Positions 10,679 to 22,767 of a DNA stretch of 64,000 nucleotides are shown piece by piece; within the stretch, counting starts at the first letter, position 1; every line of letters starts with the position of its first letter. A program made the translations under genes and the position numbers. The DNA is from an uncultured Actinomycetes bacterium. Its GTDB lineage: Bacteria; Actinomycetota; Thermoleophilia; UBA2241. Where the stretch lies: the NCBI GenBank assembly GCA_963709345.1, contig CAVPVX010000007.1, forward strand, positions 512,001 through 576,000, written 5' to 3'. The notes below the pieces were generated by a model. It worked only from the letters and a program-made list of their open reading frames with translations, ran no database searches and had not been told where the DNA came from.

Positions 10679-10782
10679 TCCGGCGGCAGGCGCCCCGCCT
10701 GCAGACAGCGGACGGCGCGGAGCGCCGGCGTTTGCCGGTGGTGCCATCCGCTCAGAGATAATCCCAACCTTTGGAGTCGGGT

Positions 10783-12312
10783 ATGACCACAGCGCCGCTC
10801 ACCCTCACCCCCAAGACCACGGTCCACACTCTGCTCAAGGAGTACCCGTTCCTGCTGGACTTCCTGGCGGAGTACCACCCGGAGTTCAAGAAGCTGACCA
10901 ACCCGGTACTGCGCCGAACCGTGGGCCGCATGGCGCCGCTGGACACGGTGGCGGAGCAGGGCAACGTACCCCTCAACCGGCTCACCGACGACATCGCGAC
11001 GGAGATCGAGAAGCAGACCGGCACGCGGCCGCCGATCGCCGACGTCGCCGACGCGAAGACCATCGACCCCGCCCGCCTCCAGGCGCTGCACGACATCGTC
11101 AAGGACCTGCACGCCGGCAAGACGGTCGAGGAGGTCAAGCCGGCCGTCGAGGAACTCATCGCCGACGTCGAGGCCACCGAGATCGCCGCCATGGAGCAGA
11201 AGCTCATCGAGGGCGGCGTGCCCGACAGCAAGGTCAAGCGCCTCTGCGACGTGCACGTGCAGGTGTTCGCCGACGCACTGGAGGGCCACGAGGCGGTCAC
11301 CGCGCCGGCCGGTCACCCGCTGGACACCTTTCAGCGCGAGAACCAGGCGCTGCTGCAGGTCACGGCGTCACTGCGCAAGGTCGCCGAGGCGATCGGCTAG
11401 CCGCCGGACGGCGCCACTTGGGCGCGCCTCAAGAGCGCGCTGGGCGACACCGTGGAGCGGCTCTCCAACGTCGACAAGCACTACCTGCGCAAGGAGAACC
11501 AGCTCTTCCCCTTCCTCGAGGACCATGGGGTGGAGGGCCCCAGCAGCGTGATGTGGGCGATCCACGACGACATTCGCGCGCTCGTCAAGCAGGCGCGGCA
11601 GACGATCGCCGACGACGACGCCGGACTCGCCGTGAGCACCTGCCTCGCACTCGCCAAGATGGCCGACGACATGGTGACCAAAGAGGAGCAGGTCCTGCAC
11701 CCGATGGCGATCGGCACGCTGGCCGACGCGGAGTGGGCGCAGATCCGCGCCGGCGAAGGCGACATCGGCTACGCCTTCATCGACGGCGTGCCCGAGTGGC
11801 ACGGCCGCGGCGGGCGCGGCCGCGGCGGGCGGCGCGGCCGCGGCGAGTCTGCCGGGCGCGGGAGAGGCCGCCGAAGCGGTGGCGGGCCAGGCCGGGGCGG
11901 CTGCGCCCGGCGGCCTTCCCGCCCTCAGCACCGGCAGCCTCAGCCTGGAGGAGCTCAACCTCGTGCTCGGCGTCCTCCCCATCGACTTCCAGTACGTCGA
12001 CGAGCACGACCGCGTGCGCTTCTACAGCGAGGGCCACCGGATCTTCCCGCGCAGCCCCGGGGTGATCGGCCGCAAGGTGCAGAACTGCCACCCGCCGCGA
12101 GCGTGCACAAGGTGCAGCAGCTCATCGACGCCTTCCTCGCCGGTGAGCAGAGCACCGCCGAGTTCTGGATCGAGGTCGGCGGTACGTTCCTGCACATCCG
12201 CCACTTCGCCGTGCGCGACGACGCCGGCGCCTACCGGGGCGTCGTCGAGACGGTGCAAGACGTCACGGCCATCCGTGCGCTCGAGGGCCAGCGCCGGCTG
12301 CTCGACTGGTAG
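10783..12312 (+). pseudogene. DUF438 protein (DUF1858-like N-terminus, hemerythrin, PAS_10), disrupted by TAG at 11398-11400 and two compensating frameshifts (~11800-11880 and ~12097)
   Basis: LCDVHVQVF, GHPLDTFQRENQ, HYLRKENQLFPFLE, VMWAIHDDIR. The PAS_10 segment (FPRSPGVIGRKVQNCHPP) lies in another frame, and the C-terminus (EGQRRLLDW) returns to the first frame. Confidence 0.85.
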
Positions 12313-12351
12313 CCGCCGCGGCGTCCGGCGCCGCAGCCCGAGCCGGCCGCC

Positions 12352-14040
<1,689 letters not shown>

Positions 14041-14226
14041 GTCGCTGTTCAGAGTCCCCCGCCTTCTCGCAGATGCGCCTCGTCAAAGACCATTCCCCTT
14101 GCGTTCGCGCCGAAGCCGTTGAGACCTGCGAACCGCCCGCCGGCGCCCCGCCCGAGTCGCCGCCGAAGTCGCCCGATGCGATACGATGGAGACCGGCAGG
14201 CAGCTACAACGAGAGGCGGTTCGCCC

Positions 14227-14621
14227 ATGTTCTGGCAACGCGGCAGTCTCACCCCCGAGCTGGCGGACCTGGTGTTTCGCTTCCTCCCCGTCGACGTCAG
14301 CGTCGCCGACGAACACGACGTGCTGGTGTACTGGAAGGGCGACACCTACCAGGACCTGCGACGCGCGCTACATCGGCCGCGACGTGCGCGACTGCCACCC
14401 CGAGCACACGCTCGAGTGCCTGGAGGAGATCCTGCGCGCCTTCAAGATCCGGAGCCAAGGACGTAGCGGAGGGCTGGGAGCAGCAGGGTGAGCGCATGAA
14501 GCGCACGCGGTACATCGCCCTGCGCGACGACTCCGGCGCCTACAAGGGCATCCTCGAAGTCAACGAAGACGTGACCGGCGCACGCGCCCTGCAGGGCCGC
14601 CAGAGCCTGCCCGGCTGGTGA
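14227..14621 (+). pseudogene. Stand-alone PAS_10 (DUF438 C-terminal-like) protein with two frameshifts (~14353, ~14448)
   Basis: Read across three frames: LPVDVSVADEHD.. / IGRDVRDCHPEH.. / ..YIALRDDSGAYKGILEVNEDVT..QSLPGW. Clearly homologous to the C-terminus of 10783-12312. Confidence 0.8.
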
Positions 14622-14654
14622 CGCGGCGGTCGCCGCAAAGGAGATGACGACACG

Positions 14655-14777
14655 ATGACCACAATGGTCGCGGTGAGCGGCATCAGCGCCTGGGTCCTGC
14701 TGATCGGCGCCGCCATCGGCGGTCTCGCGTTCGGCATGTGGCTGAACGCGAGGTTCGCGGGGCGCCGCCGAAAGTAG
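14655..14777 (+). CDS. 40-aa single-TM small protein (not in the ORF track)
   Basis: SD AAAGGAG. MTTMVAVSGISAWVLLIGAAIGGLAFGMWLNARFAGRRRK*, with high GC3 and a positive-inside tail. Confidence 0.65.
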   Translation: MTTMVAVSGISAWVLLIGAAIGGLAFGMWLNARFAGRRRK

Positions 14778-14823
14778 CCCGCCGGCGCGGCCGGACGGCG
14801 GCGCCCGGCGCCCGACCCTCGCC

Positions 14824-16563
14824 TCAGCGGCGCCGCACGAACGTGCCGTCGCGCCCGTCGAAGGTCAGCAGCGCCAGCCGCAGCCTCGTCGCCCGTCCGT
14901 CGCGCACCGTGAACACCGCCGTCGTACTCGATCCCACCTCTCGCCAGGTGTCCCCGTCCCACGGCACGTAGCGCAACGTCAGGCCACGCCCAAGGCGCAC
15001 GCGCAGTCCATCGCCCAGCCCCTTGCCGACGGTCACGTCCCCATAGTACCGGTCGCGATACACGCCCTCGTACGCGGACCGCTGCCGCGGGGCTGCGGCG
15101 CCGGCCCGAGGCTGCGGCGCCGGCCCGCACGGGCCGGACCCGCGCGGGTCCGCCAGGGCCTGCGCTTCGGCTTCGGCTTCCGTGAGCTCCCTCTCCCGGA
15201 CCAGCCAGTCGTCCCGCGGCGCCCCGGGCCCGTACAGGTCGAGCAGCGTGCGGCTGAGCGCCCGCGCGAGCATGCCTCCCTCGGGCGCCGAGTTGGCGAG
15301 AACGATGATCGCGACGCCGTCCGCCGGCACCAGGCCGAGAAGCGCCGCCGAGCCGCGCTCGAGGTCGCCCTCCGCCTGGGCAACGAGGCGATCGGCGGCG
15401 GCGAACGTCCGCCAGCCCAGCGCGAACGTCTCCGGCCCTGCGTCGCCCGCGGAGACGACCGTGGTCGGAGCGAGCGTCTCTGCCAGAGCGGCGGCGGGCG
15501 CGACGCGCACGCCGCCGAGAGCGCCCCCGTTCAGCAGCATGCGCACGTAGGGCACGAGTTCGGCGACGCTGGCGCCGACGCCGCGGGCCGGCGCGAAGAC
15601 CGCGCCTTCCGCCGGCCGCTGCGGCTGCAGAGACCCGTTCAGGATCCGGTGCGGCGTCGCCCGGTTCGTCGCCGTCATGAACTCCCGGTAGGTGAGCGCC
15701 GTCGCCGTGGCGCCGAGCGGCTCCAGCACCCGCGTGCGCACCAGACGCACCCACGGAAGCCCAGTCGCCTTCTCCGCAGCGACCGCGGCTGCGGTGACGG
15801 CCGTGTCCTGGGGCGTGTGCACGGTGCGGAACCCGGCGGCCGGAGGCAGATACCTCAGCCGGCGCAGGACCTCGGCGCGGCCGTAGCCGAAGTCGAGAAG
15901 CTCGTTGCCGGCGCCCGCCGGCAGCCCGGTGCGCTGGGCCATGAGGTCGCGGAAGGTCGCCTCGCGGCTCGCCCAGGGATCCTGGAGCCGGAACCCCGGC
16001 CAGACGCGCCGCACCGGCTCGTCCCAGCCCACCTCACCCTCACCTGCCAGCGCCGCCAGCATGGTCGCCGTGTACGTCTGTGAGACCGATCCGAGCGGGA
16101 ACAGCGTGTCCTTGTCGACGACCTCGGGTCGGCCTATGGCGCGCAGGCCGAAGCAGCGCACGTACACCGCCCTGTCGCCCGCCACGACGGCGATGACTGC
16201 TCCCGGTACGCCGCTGCGCGCGACCATACCGGTCGCAAGCTGGTCGAACTGCGGGAGCATGAGCCTCACCCGTGCCGCCGCCTCGACGCGGCGGATCGCC
16301 GCCGCCAGAGCCTCCGGATCCCGCGCACCCGTCGGCTGCGGGACCGGCGTCCCATCCGGGGATGGGGAAAGTGACGGGGCGGGGCTCGCCGGTGGAGCAG
16401 AGCTCTTCGCCGGCTCCGGCGAGACGGCGGTGGGCGACGCCGTGGACGCGGCCGAAGGCCGCGCGGACGGCGTCGCCTCCGGGCTCACGCTCACGCCACA
16501 GCCGCCGAGCACGGCCGCGGCAAGAGCCACCACCGACATGACCACCGTCCATCTGTGCGTCAC
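14824..16563 (-). CDS. Serine hydrolase (class C beta-lactamase-like) lipoprotein with DUF3471-like C-terminus; catalytic motifs degenerate
   Basis: Lipobox LGGC, Pro/Ser linker, VPGAVIAVV, DTLFPLGSVSQ, TFRDLMAQRTGLP, AYEGVYRDRYYG. SD AAGGAGG before GTG. Confidence 0.85.
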   Translation of the reverse strand: MTHRWTVVMSVVALAAAVLGGCGVSVSPEATPSARPSAASTASPTAVSPEPAKSSAPPASPAPSLSPSPDGTPVPQPTGARDPEALAAAIRRVEAAARVRLMLPQFDQLATGMVARSGVPGAVIAVVAGDRAVYVRCFGLRAIGRPEVVDKDTLFPLGSVSQTYTATMLAALAGEGEVGWDEPVRRVWPGFRLQDPWASREATFRDLMAQRTGLPAGAGNELLDFGYGRAEVLRRLRYLPPAAGFRTVHTPQDTAVTAAAVAAEKATGLPWVRLVRTRVLEPLGATATALTYREFMTATNRATPHRILNGSLQPQRPAEGAVFAPARGVGASVAELVPYVRMLLNGGALGGVRVAPAAALAETLAPTTVVSAGDAGPETFALGWRTFAAADRLVAQAEGDLERGSAALLGLVPADGVAIIVLANSAPEGGMLARALSRTLLDLYGPGAPRDDWLVRERELTEAEAEAQALADPRGSGPCGPAPQPRAGAAAPRQRSAYEGVYRDRYYGDVTVGKGLGDGLRVRLGRGLTLRYVPWDGDTWREVGSSTTAVFTVRDGRATRLRLALLTFDGRDGTFVRRR

Positions 16564-16698
16564 GCCCGCCTCCTTGTGGCCGCGGCCGGATGCGGCCACC
16601 GGCCTCCCGGACTACTTCGCCGCCACGAACAGCATACCCTCGCCCGCCTCCACGCTGGTATACACTGCCCTGCACGGAGTCCGGGAGACGGAGATCGG

Positions 16699-18090
16699 AT
16701 GCACCACGGCACAGTCCGACAGGGGGCCGACGGCGCCGCGCGCGCCGACCTCAGCGCATGCCTCGCCGCGATCCGGGAGGCGCTCACCGACCTGCTCGAG
16801 GCTCAAGGCGTCCACAGCGTGCCCGAAGCCTCCTGCCCGCCGGAGGCGCAGCCGCTGGTACGCACCGTCAACCGGATGATGCGCCAGATCAAGGAGGTCG
16901 CGGCCTTCGTGAAGCCGCTCGCCGCCGGAGATCTGACGGCGCCGCGGCCTTCCCCGGACAATCTCATGGCGGCTCCGCTCGTCGAGATGCACGAGCGCCT
17001 CAGCCGCCTCACCAGGCAGACGCAGGCGATCGCCCACGGTGACTACAGCCAGCGCATCGACTTCATGGGCGAGTTCTCCGCGGCGTTCAATTCCATGGTC
17101 GCGCTGCTGGAAGGACGCGAGCAGAGCCTCAAGGAGGAGATTGCGCGGCGGCGAGAAGCCGAGGCCGACCTGGAGCGCGAGCGCGACCTCCTGGTGTCCG
17201 GTCCGGTGGTCACGTTTCGCTGGGGCATCGACGACGACGGCGCCGTCGAGTACGTGTCGCCGAACATATCCGAGTACGGCTTCAGCGCGGAGGAGTTCAC
17301 AAGTGGCCGTCGCACGTATTCGAGCCTCATCGACCCCGACGACTACGACTGGGTGGTGGAGGACGGCAACGACAAGTCGCGCACGGGGCTGGACGGCTGG
17401 ACGCAGGAGTACCGGCTGAGGGACGCGGCCGGCGTCACGCGCTGGATCCGTGACTTCACCCACGCGGTGCGAGGGCCCGACGGCGAAGTGACCGCCTACG
17501 AGGGCTACATCATCGACATCACCGCGCAGAAGGAGACGGAGCGAGCTCTGCGCCAGCGCGAGGAGCAGCTGCGCATGCTCTCGCTGACCGACGACCTCAC
17601 CGGCCTGTACAACCGTCGCGGGCTCTACGCCATCGGAGAGTACGTCATGCGCGCCGCGCGCCGTAGCGGCACGGGTCTCGGGGTGATCTACGTCGACGTC
17701 GCCGGCCTCAAGGACATCAATGACCGCTTCGGTCACAGCGAGGGCGACAAGACCCTGTGCTCCCTGGCCGGCATCATCCGCGGCACGGTCCGCGAGTCGG
17801 ACGTGGCCGGCCGCGTCGGCGGTGACGAGTTCGTCATCCTCGCCGCCGACGGCCCGGCGATCATCGGCGACCTCGTGCGGCGCCTTGAGCGGCGGGTGGC
17901 GGCGCACAACAAGACGAGCGCACGCTCGTTCCGCCTCGCCGTCGGCAGCGGCGCCGCCGCATGGTACGGCGACGAACAGGTGACGCTGCAGCAACTCATC
18001 GAGCGCGCCGACACAGACCGGCACGACACCGGGCGCGCGACAGAGGACCCGGCCACCGACCTGAGCGTCCGAACGAGGGGGAGACGATGA
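16699..18090 (+). CDS. Diguanylate cyclase (HAMP-like, PAS, GGDEF)
   Basis: DDLTGLYNRRG, INDRFGHSEGD, I-site RESD, VGGDEF. Confidence 0.9.
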   Translation: MHHGTVRQGADGAARADLSACLAAIREALTDLLEAQGVHSVPEASCPPEAQPLVRTVNRMMRQIKEVAAFVKPLAAGDLTAPRPSPDNLMAAPLVEMHERLSRLTRQTQAIAHGDYSQRIDFMGEFSAAFNSMVALLEGREQSLKEEIARRREAEADLERERDLLVSGPVVTFRWGIDDDGAVEYVSPNISEYGFSAEEFTSGRRTYSSLIDPDDYDWVVEDGNDKSRTGLDGWTQEYRLRDAAGVTRWIRDFTHAVRGPDGEVTAYEGYIIDITAQKETERALRQREEQLRMLSLTDDLTGLYNRRGLYAIGEYVMRAARRSGTGLGVIYVDVAGLKDINDRFGHSEGDKTLCSLAGIIRGTVRESDVAGRVGGDEFVILAADGPAIIGDLVRRLERRVAAHNKTSARSFRLAVGSGAAAWYGDEQVTLQQLIERADTDRHDTGRATEDPATDLSVRTRGRR

Positions 18091-19712
18091 CCAACGCGAT
18101 GCCGGCGCCCGAGGCGGCGGCTGCGAGCGTCGGGGTGAGGCCGCGCAACGCCGAACGACAGTGGTCGCCACGGGTGAGTGCGGCGATGCTCGCTCGCCTG
18201 GCGGCGCGGGCGGCCGTCCCCGGAGGTGGATCCCGCACGACGATCGAGGCGCCGTTCACCGGCGAGACGCTCGGCGAAGTGCCGCAAGGCGCGCCGGCCG
18301 ATGTCGCCGCCGCCTGCGCGGCTGCGCGTGAGGCGCAGACGGCGTGGGCGCGGCGACCGATCGCCGAGCGCGCCGCCGTACTCCTGCGCTACCACGATCT
18401 CGTGATCGCCAACGCGCAGGAGATCCTCGACCTGATCCAGGTCGAGAGCGGCAAGGCGCGGATCCACGCCTTCGAGGAGGTCCTCGACGTCGCCATCCAG
18501 GCGCGCTACTACGCGCACGCCGGGCCGGGCTTCCTCCGCGAGCAGCGCCGGCAGGGCGCGCTGCCCGTGCTCACGCAGACACGCGTCCACCACCGGCCGC
18601 GCGGGGTCATCGGCATCATCGCCCCCTGGAACTACCCGTTCACCCTGGCCATCGGCGACGCCCTCCCGGCGCTGCTCGCCGGCAACGGGGTCGTCCTCAA
18701 GCCGGACGCGCAGACGCCGTTCACGGCGCTCTGGGCGGCCGGGCTACTCGAAGAGGCGGGGCTGCCCGCCGGCCTCCTCCAGGTGGTCACCGGACGCGGC
18801 GCCGAGCTCGGCGAGCCGCTCATCGACGGCGCCGACTACCTCATGTTCACCGGCTCGACCGCCACCGGCCGCACGGTCGCGGCGCAGTGCGGCGAGCGTC
18901 TGAAGAGCTGCGCCATGGAGCTCGGCGGCAAGAACGCGCTGCTCGTGCTGCCCGACGCCCCACTGTCGCGCGCCGTACCCGGCGCGGTCCAGGGGATCAC
19001 CTCCAACAGCGGCCAGCTCTGCATCAGCATCGAGCGCGTCTACGTCCACGACGCGGTGTACGACACCTTCGTGCCGCGCCTCACCGAGGCCTTGAAGGCC
19101 GTGCGGGTCGGCGCGAGCCTGACCTTCGCCGACGACATGGGCTCACTGGTGAGCGCCGGCCAGTTCGCGAAGGTCACGGGGCACGTCGACGACGCCGTCG
19201 CCGCCGGAGCCGAGGTGCTCGCCGGCGGCAGAGCTCGCACCGACCTCGGCCCCTACTTCTACGAGCCGACGCTGCTCGGCGGCGTCACCGACGAGATGGA
19301 ACTCTGCCGTACCGAGACCTTCGGCCCCGTGGCCGCCGTCTACCGCTGCGCCTCCGTCGACGAGATGGTCGAGCGCGCGAACGACAGCGACTACGGGCTC
19401 AACGCGAGCGTCTGGACGCGCGACGCGACGGCCGGCCGCAGGGTCGCGACCCGTATCGAGACCGGCACCGTCAACGTGAACGAAGCCTACGCCGCGACCT
19501 GGGCGTCGGCCGCCCCGATGGGCGGCTGGAAGCAGTCCGGGCTGGGGCGCCGGCACGGGCGCCACGGCATGGTGAAATACACGCAGACGCAGACCGTGTC
19601 GGTGCAGCGGGTGCTGAGTATCGGCACGCCGCCGTTCCTGGACCACGGCCGGTATGCGGCGGTCATGACCGCCGCCGTCCGGCTGCTCAAGCACGTGCCC
19701 GGCATCAAGTGA
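18087..19712 (+). CDS. Aldehyde dehydrogenase (succinate-semialdehyde dehydrogenase-like)
   Basis: IAPWNYP, FTGSTATG, MELGGKN, GQLC, ETFGP, PMGGWKQSG. ATGA overlap with the upstream gene. Confidence 0.92.
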   Translation: MTNAMPAPEAAAASVGVRPRNAERQWSPRVSAAMLARLAARAAVPGGGSRTTIEAPFTGETLGEVPQGAPADVAAACAAAREAQTAWARRPIAERAAVLLRYHDLVIANAQEILDLIQVESGKARIHAFEEVLDVAIQARYYAHAGPGFLREQRRQGALPVLTQTRVHHRPRGVIGIIAPWNYPFTLAIGDALPALLAGNGVVLKPDAQTPFTALWAAGLLEEAGLPAGLLQVVTGRGAELGEPLIDGADYLMFTGSTATGRTVAAQCGERLKSCAMELGGKNALLVLPDAPLSRAVPGAVQGITSNSGQLCISIERVYVHDAVYDTFVPRLTEALKAVRVGASLTFADDMGSLVSAGQFAKVTGHVDDAVAAGAEVLAGGRARTDLGPYFYEPTLLGGVTDEMELCRTETFGPVAAVYRCASVDEMVERANDSDYGLNASVWTRDATAGRRVATRIETGTVNVNEAYAATWASAAPMGGWKQSGLGRRHGRHGMVKYTQTQTVSVQRVLSIGTPPFLDHGRYAAVMTAAVRLLKHVPGIK

Positions 19713-19731
19713 GCGCGCAAGGAGACGACCA

Positions 19732-20583
19732 GTGACCGCGATCCACAACAAGCACGTGCTCGTCACCGGCGGCGCGTCCGGCATCGGGCGGCTGCTCGCG
19801 CTGCGCTGCGCCGAGCTGGGAGCCACAGTCACGATCTGGGACCTGGACGCCGCCGGCGCCGAAGCGGCGGCCGCCGAGGCGGCCGCCCGGGGCGCCGCCG
19901 GCGCACACGCCTTCGCCTGCGACGTGAGCGACCGCGAGCGGGTCTACGCGCGCGCCGCGGAGGTGCGGGCGGCGGCGGGCGACGTCGACGTGCTCGTGAA
20001 CAACGCCGGCATCGTCAGCGGGCAGCCGCTGCTCGAGCTGCCCGACGAGAAGATCGAGCGCACCTTCGCCGTCAACACACTGGCCCTCTACTGGACGACC
20101 AAGGCGTTCCTGCCGGCGATGATGCAACGCGGCAGCGGCCACCTCGTGACCGTGGCCTCGGCCGCAGGCCTCATCGGCTCGCCGCGAGAGACCGACTACG
20201 CGGCCAGCAAGTTCGCCGCCGTGGGCTTCAATGAGGCGCTACGGCAGGAACTGCGACGCAGCGCCCCCGGCGTGCGCACGACGGTCGTCTGCCCCTTCTA
20301 CGTCGACACCGGCATGTTCGCCGGCGTCAAGACGCGCTTTCCGCTGTTGCTGCCGATCCTCAAGGAGGACGCCGTGGCCGGGGCCATCCTGGGCGCCATC
20401 CAGCGCGACCGCCCGGTGCTGGAGATGCCGTTCATGGTCCGCACCCTGCCGGCCATGCGCCTGCTGCCGGTGTGGGCCTTCGACAGGCTCGCCGACTTCT
20501 TCGGCGTGAGCGGGGCGATGGACGGGTTCACGGGGCGCGCCCCCAAGGGCGCGGACGAACGGGAGGCTCCGCCTACAGCCTGA
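19732..20583 (+). CDS. Short-chain dehydrogenase/reductase (retinol dehydrogenase/17-beta-HSD XI-like)
   Basis: TGGASGIG, NNAGI, YAASK, VCPFYVDTGMF. Confidence 0.92.
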   Translation: MTAIHNKHVLVTGGASGIGRLLALRCAELGATVTIWDLDAAGAEAAAAEAAARGAAGAHAFACDVSDRERVYARAAEVRAAAGDVDVLVNNAGIVSGQPLLELPDEKIERTFAVNTLALYWTTKAFLPAMMQRGSGHLVTVASAAGLIGSPRETDYAASKFAAVGFNEALRQELRRSAPGVRTTVVCPFYVDTGMFAGVKTRFPLLLPILKEDAVAGAILGAIQRDRPVLEMPFMVRTLPAMRLLPVWAFDRLADFFGVSGAMDGFTGRAPKGADEREAPPTA

Positions 20584-21277
20584 ACTCGTGCCGGCAGAAG
20601 TCGTCGCCCTCGATGAGGGTGTGCGTCTGCCGGTGCGCGGAAGGATCGACGCCGAGCAGGCCGCAGAACACACCCTTGTCGAAGCCGCAGACGATGCCGG
20701 GATACTCGTGCGCGAGTTCCCGGTACACGCAGTTGTGGACCTCGAACACGGTCGCGTCGCCGGAGTCGGCGTCCAGCTTCGCGCCGTAGCCGGCCGCATC
20801 CATCCAATCCAGGACGGCGGGCGGGGACAGCCTGACCGGCGACTGCACGCCGTCGTCGGCGATCCCGGCTGCGGTCTCCTCGCCATAGGCGAGACCGAAG
20901 GCCAGCGCCGCGGCGGCCGCGGCTTCGGCGTCGAGTGATGAGTCGAGAACGCGCAGGAGCAGGCGCGCGAGTCGCTCGTAGCGGCGCGGAGGCAGCATGA
21001 CCTCCAGCCGCGCCTCAGTCAGAGCGTACGTCTTGGCCGGGCGCCCGCCTCCGGCGCGCCGACGCAAGGCCGTCTCGACGAGACCCATCTCCGTGAGCTT
21101 CTCGAGGTGCGCGCGGGCGACCGTGCGGTGCAGCCCGAAGACGCCCGCGACCTCGCTCGCGGACTGCGGATCGTCACACTCTCGAAGGTGCCGGTGGATG
21201 CCGCGGCGGGTGGGGTCGCCGAAGACGTCGGCAAGACGGCCGAGGTAGACGCCGTCCTTGTCGTACGAAGTCTCCAT
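20573..21277 (-). CDS. ArsR/SufR-like HTH regulator with a Cys-containing C-terminal domain
   Basis: FGDPTRRGI, LHRTVARAHLEKL, GGRP, HNCVYREL...VCGFD...GDDFC. Confidence 0.8.
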   Translation of the reverse strand: METSYDKDGVYLGRLADVFGDPTRRGIHRHLRECDDPQSASEVAGVFGLHRTVARAHLEKLTEMGLVETALRRRAGGGRPAKTYALTEARLEVMLPPRRYERLARLLLRVLDSSLDAEAAAAAALAFGLAYGEETAAGIADDGVQSPVRLSPPAVLDWMDAAGYGAKLDADSGDATVFEVHNCVYRELAHEYPGIVCGFDKGVFCGLLGVDPSAHRQTHTLIEGDDFCRHEFRL

Positions 21278-21472
21278 CTCACGGACTCTATCGCAGGACG
21301 GGTTGTCCACCAAGGCTTGTGATGCTCAGTAAGCACAAATCGCTCCGCCGCGCGGAGCCATCGGATCCAATCGCCTCCCCGGCCCACTCCACCGGCGCGG
21401 GCTTCGCGGTCGGCCGCGCGGGGGAAGGTGACTGTGACCGGCCGTCACCAGGCCGCCGGAGAAGGGAGTGTC

Positions 21473-21676
21473 ATGATCAAGGTCAAGACCTTTGCGACGC
21501 CGATCAAGATCTTCGCGACCATCAGAGAGCTTCAGGATCTCGACACGCAGCTCACCGCGTTCCTGAGCGAGGAGGGCGCGACGGAGGTGTTCTCCATCAG
21601 CGACTCGACGACCGCCGGCGAGAACGGCGAGACGATCGGCCTCGTCCGCGCCGTCGCCTACCGGACGCCGGACTGA
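21473..21676 (+). CDS. Small hypothetical protein (67 aa, MIKVKTFATPIKIF...)
   Basis: SD AAGGGAG, high GC3, divergent from the HTH regulator. Confidence 0.75.
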   Translation: MIKVKTFATPIKIFATIRELQDLDTQLTAFLSEEGATEVFSISDSTTAGENGETIGLVRAVAYRTPD

Positions 21677-21860
21677 AGGGGAGCCCGCGGCGGCGGCGCA
21701 TCCTGGCAGCGCCGCCGCCCGTCCCTGCGGCGCCGCCGTTGAGGGCCCGCCCTGAGGCGTGGTACTCTCCTGCCGCCCGTCGCTTGCGGCGGTCACTTGT
21801 GTGCCGAGTGGCTCCCGCGGCGGCGCCCTGTCCACCATCCGGAGAGGCCGGCGCATCGAC

Positions 21861-22755
21861 ATGGACAACGAGACGACCCACCGCGAGCGAGCCGAGAGAG
21901 GCCCGCTCCCCGCCGAGGCGCGCGCCGCCAACCTTCAGCTCTGGAACCACTGGACGAACGTCCATGCGCGGAGCGCGTACTACGACGTCGACGGGTTCAA
22001 GGCCGGCAAGACCTCGCTGTGGCCGCTGGAGCTCGCAGAGCTCGGCCCGCTGATCCGGGAAGGCACGACGCTCCTGCACCTGCAGTGCCACTTCGGCCTC
22101 GACACACTCAGCTGGGCGCGGATGGGCGCCGAGGTCGTCGGGCTCGACCTCAGCGACGAGGCGATCGAGTTGGCGCGGCGCCTGGCCGCCGACACCGGGC
22201 TCTCCGGCCGCGCCGATTTCGTCTGCTCCGACGTATACGATGCCGGCGCCCACCTCGGCGAGCGCCTCTTCGATATCGTCTTCGTCAGCTGGGGGGCGCT
22301 CGAGTGGCTCCCCGACCTCGAGCGCTGGGCCGCCGTCGTCGCCCGCCACCTCCGCCCCGGCGGCGTCTTCTACCTGGCCGAGATCCACCCGTTCGCCTAC
22401 GGCCTCGAAGAAGTCGCCGGCGAGCACGACGTCCGCGTCGCCTACCCGCTTCTGCCGGCGCCCGAGCGCCCTGCCGTCGAGCCCGTCGAGGGCAGCTACG
22501 CCGACCCCGATGCCGACACGACCGGCCTCGTCTCGTACGGCTGGGCACACAGCTTCGCCGAGATCATCGCGGCCCTCACCGGCGCCGGTCTCCGGCTCGA
22601 CCACCTGCATGAGTTCCCCTGCTCCCCTGCTCCCATTCTGGGACTGGATGGTCCAGGATGACGACCGCTGGTGGTGGCTCCCGGACGGCGACGGCGGCCA
22701 CCGCCGCGACCTGCCCTTCAGCTACTCGCTGCGCGCCACGCGCCAGGCGACCTGA
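21861..22755 (+). CDS. Class I SAM-dependent methyltransferase, frameshifted near 22636
   Basis: LLHLQCHFGLDTLSWAR, WLPDLERWA, LRPGG, EIHP. The C-terminus (WDWMVQ...LPFSYSLRA) is in the +1 frame. Confidence 0.85.
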
Positions 22756-22767
22756 CGAGGGGCGGCC

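Noticed and set aside
8926-11400. Genome-wide TAG reassignment or pyrrolysine recoding
   Set aside because: TAG is the normal stop of many intact genes here (nrdJ, sdhB, sdhC, STAS, lon, SBP5), no pyl genes are in the window, and the amber codons sit among indels.
11800-11845. CGGCCGCGGCGGGCG short tandem repeat and an apparent RGG-rich peptide
   Set aside because: It encodes an Ala/Gly linker. The RGG reading is an artefact of the frameshift.
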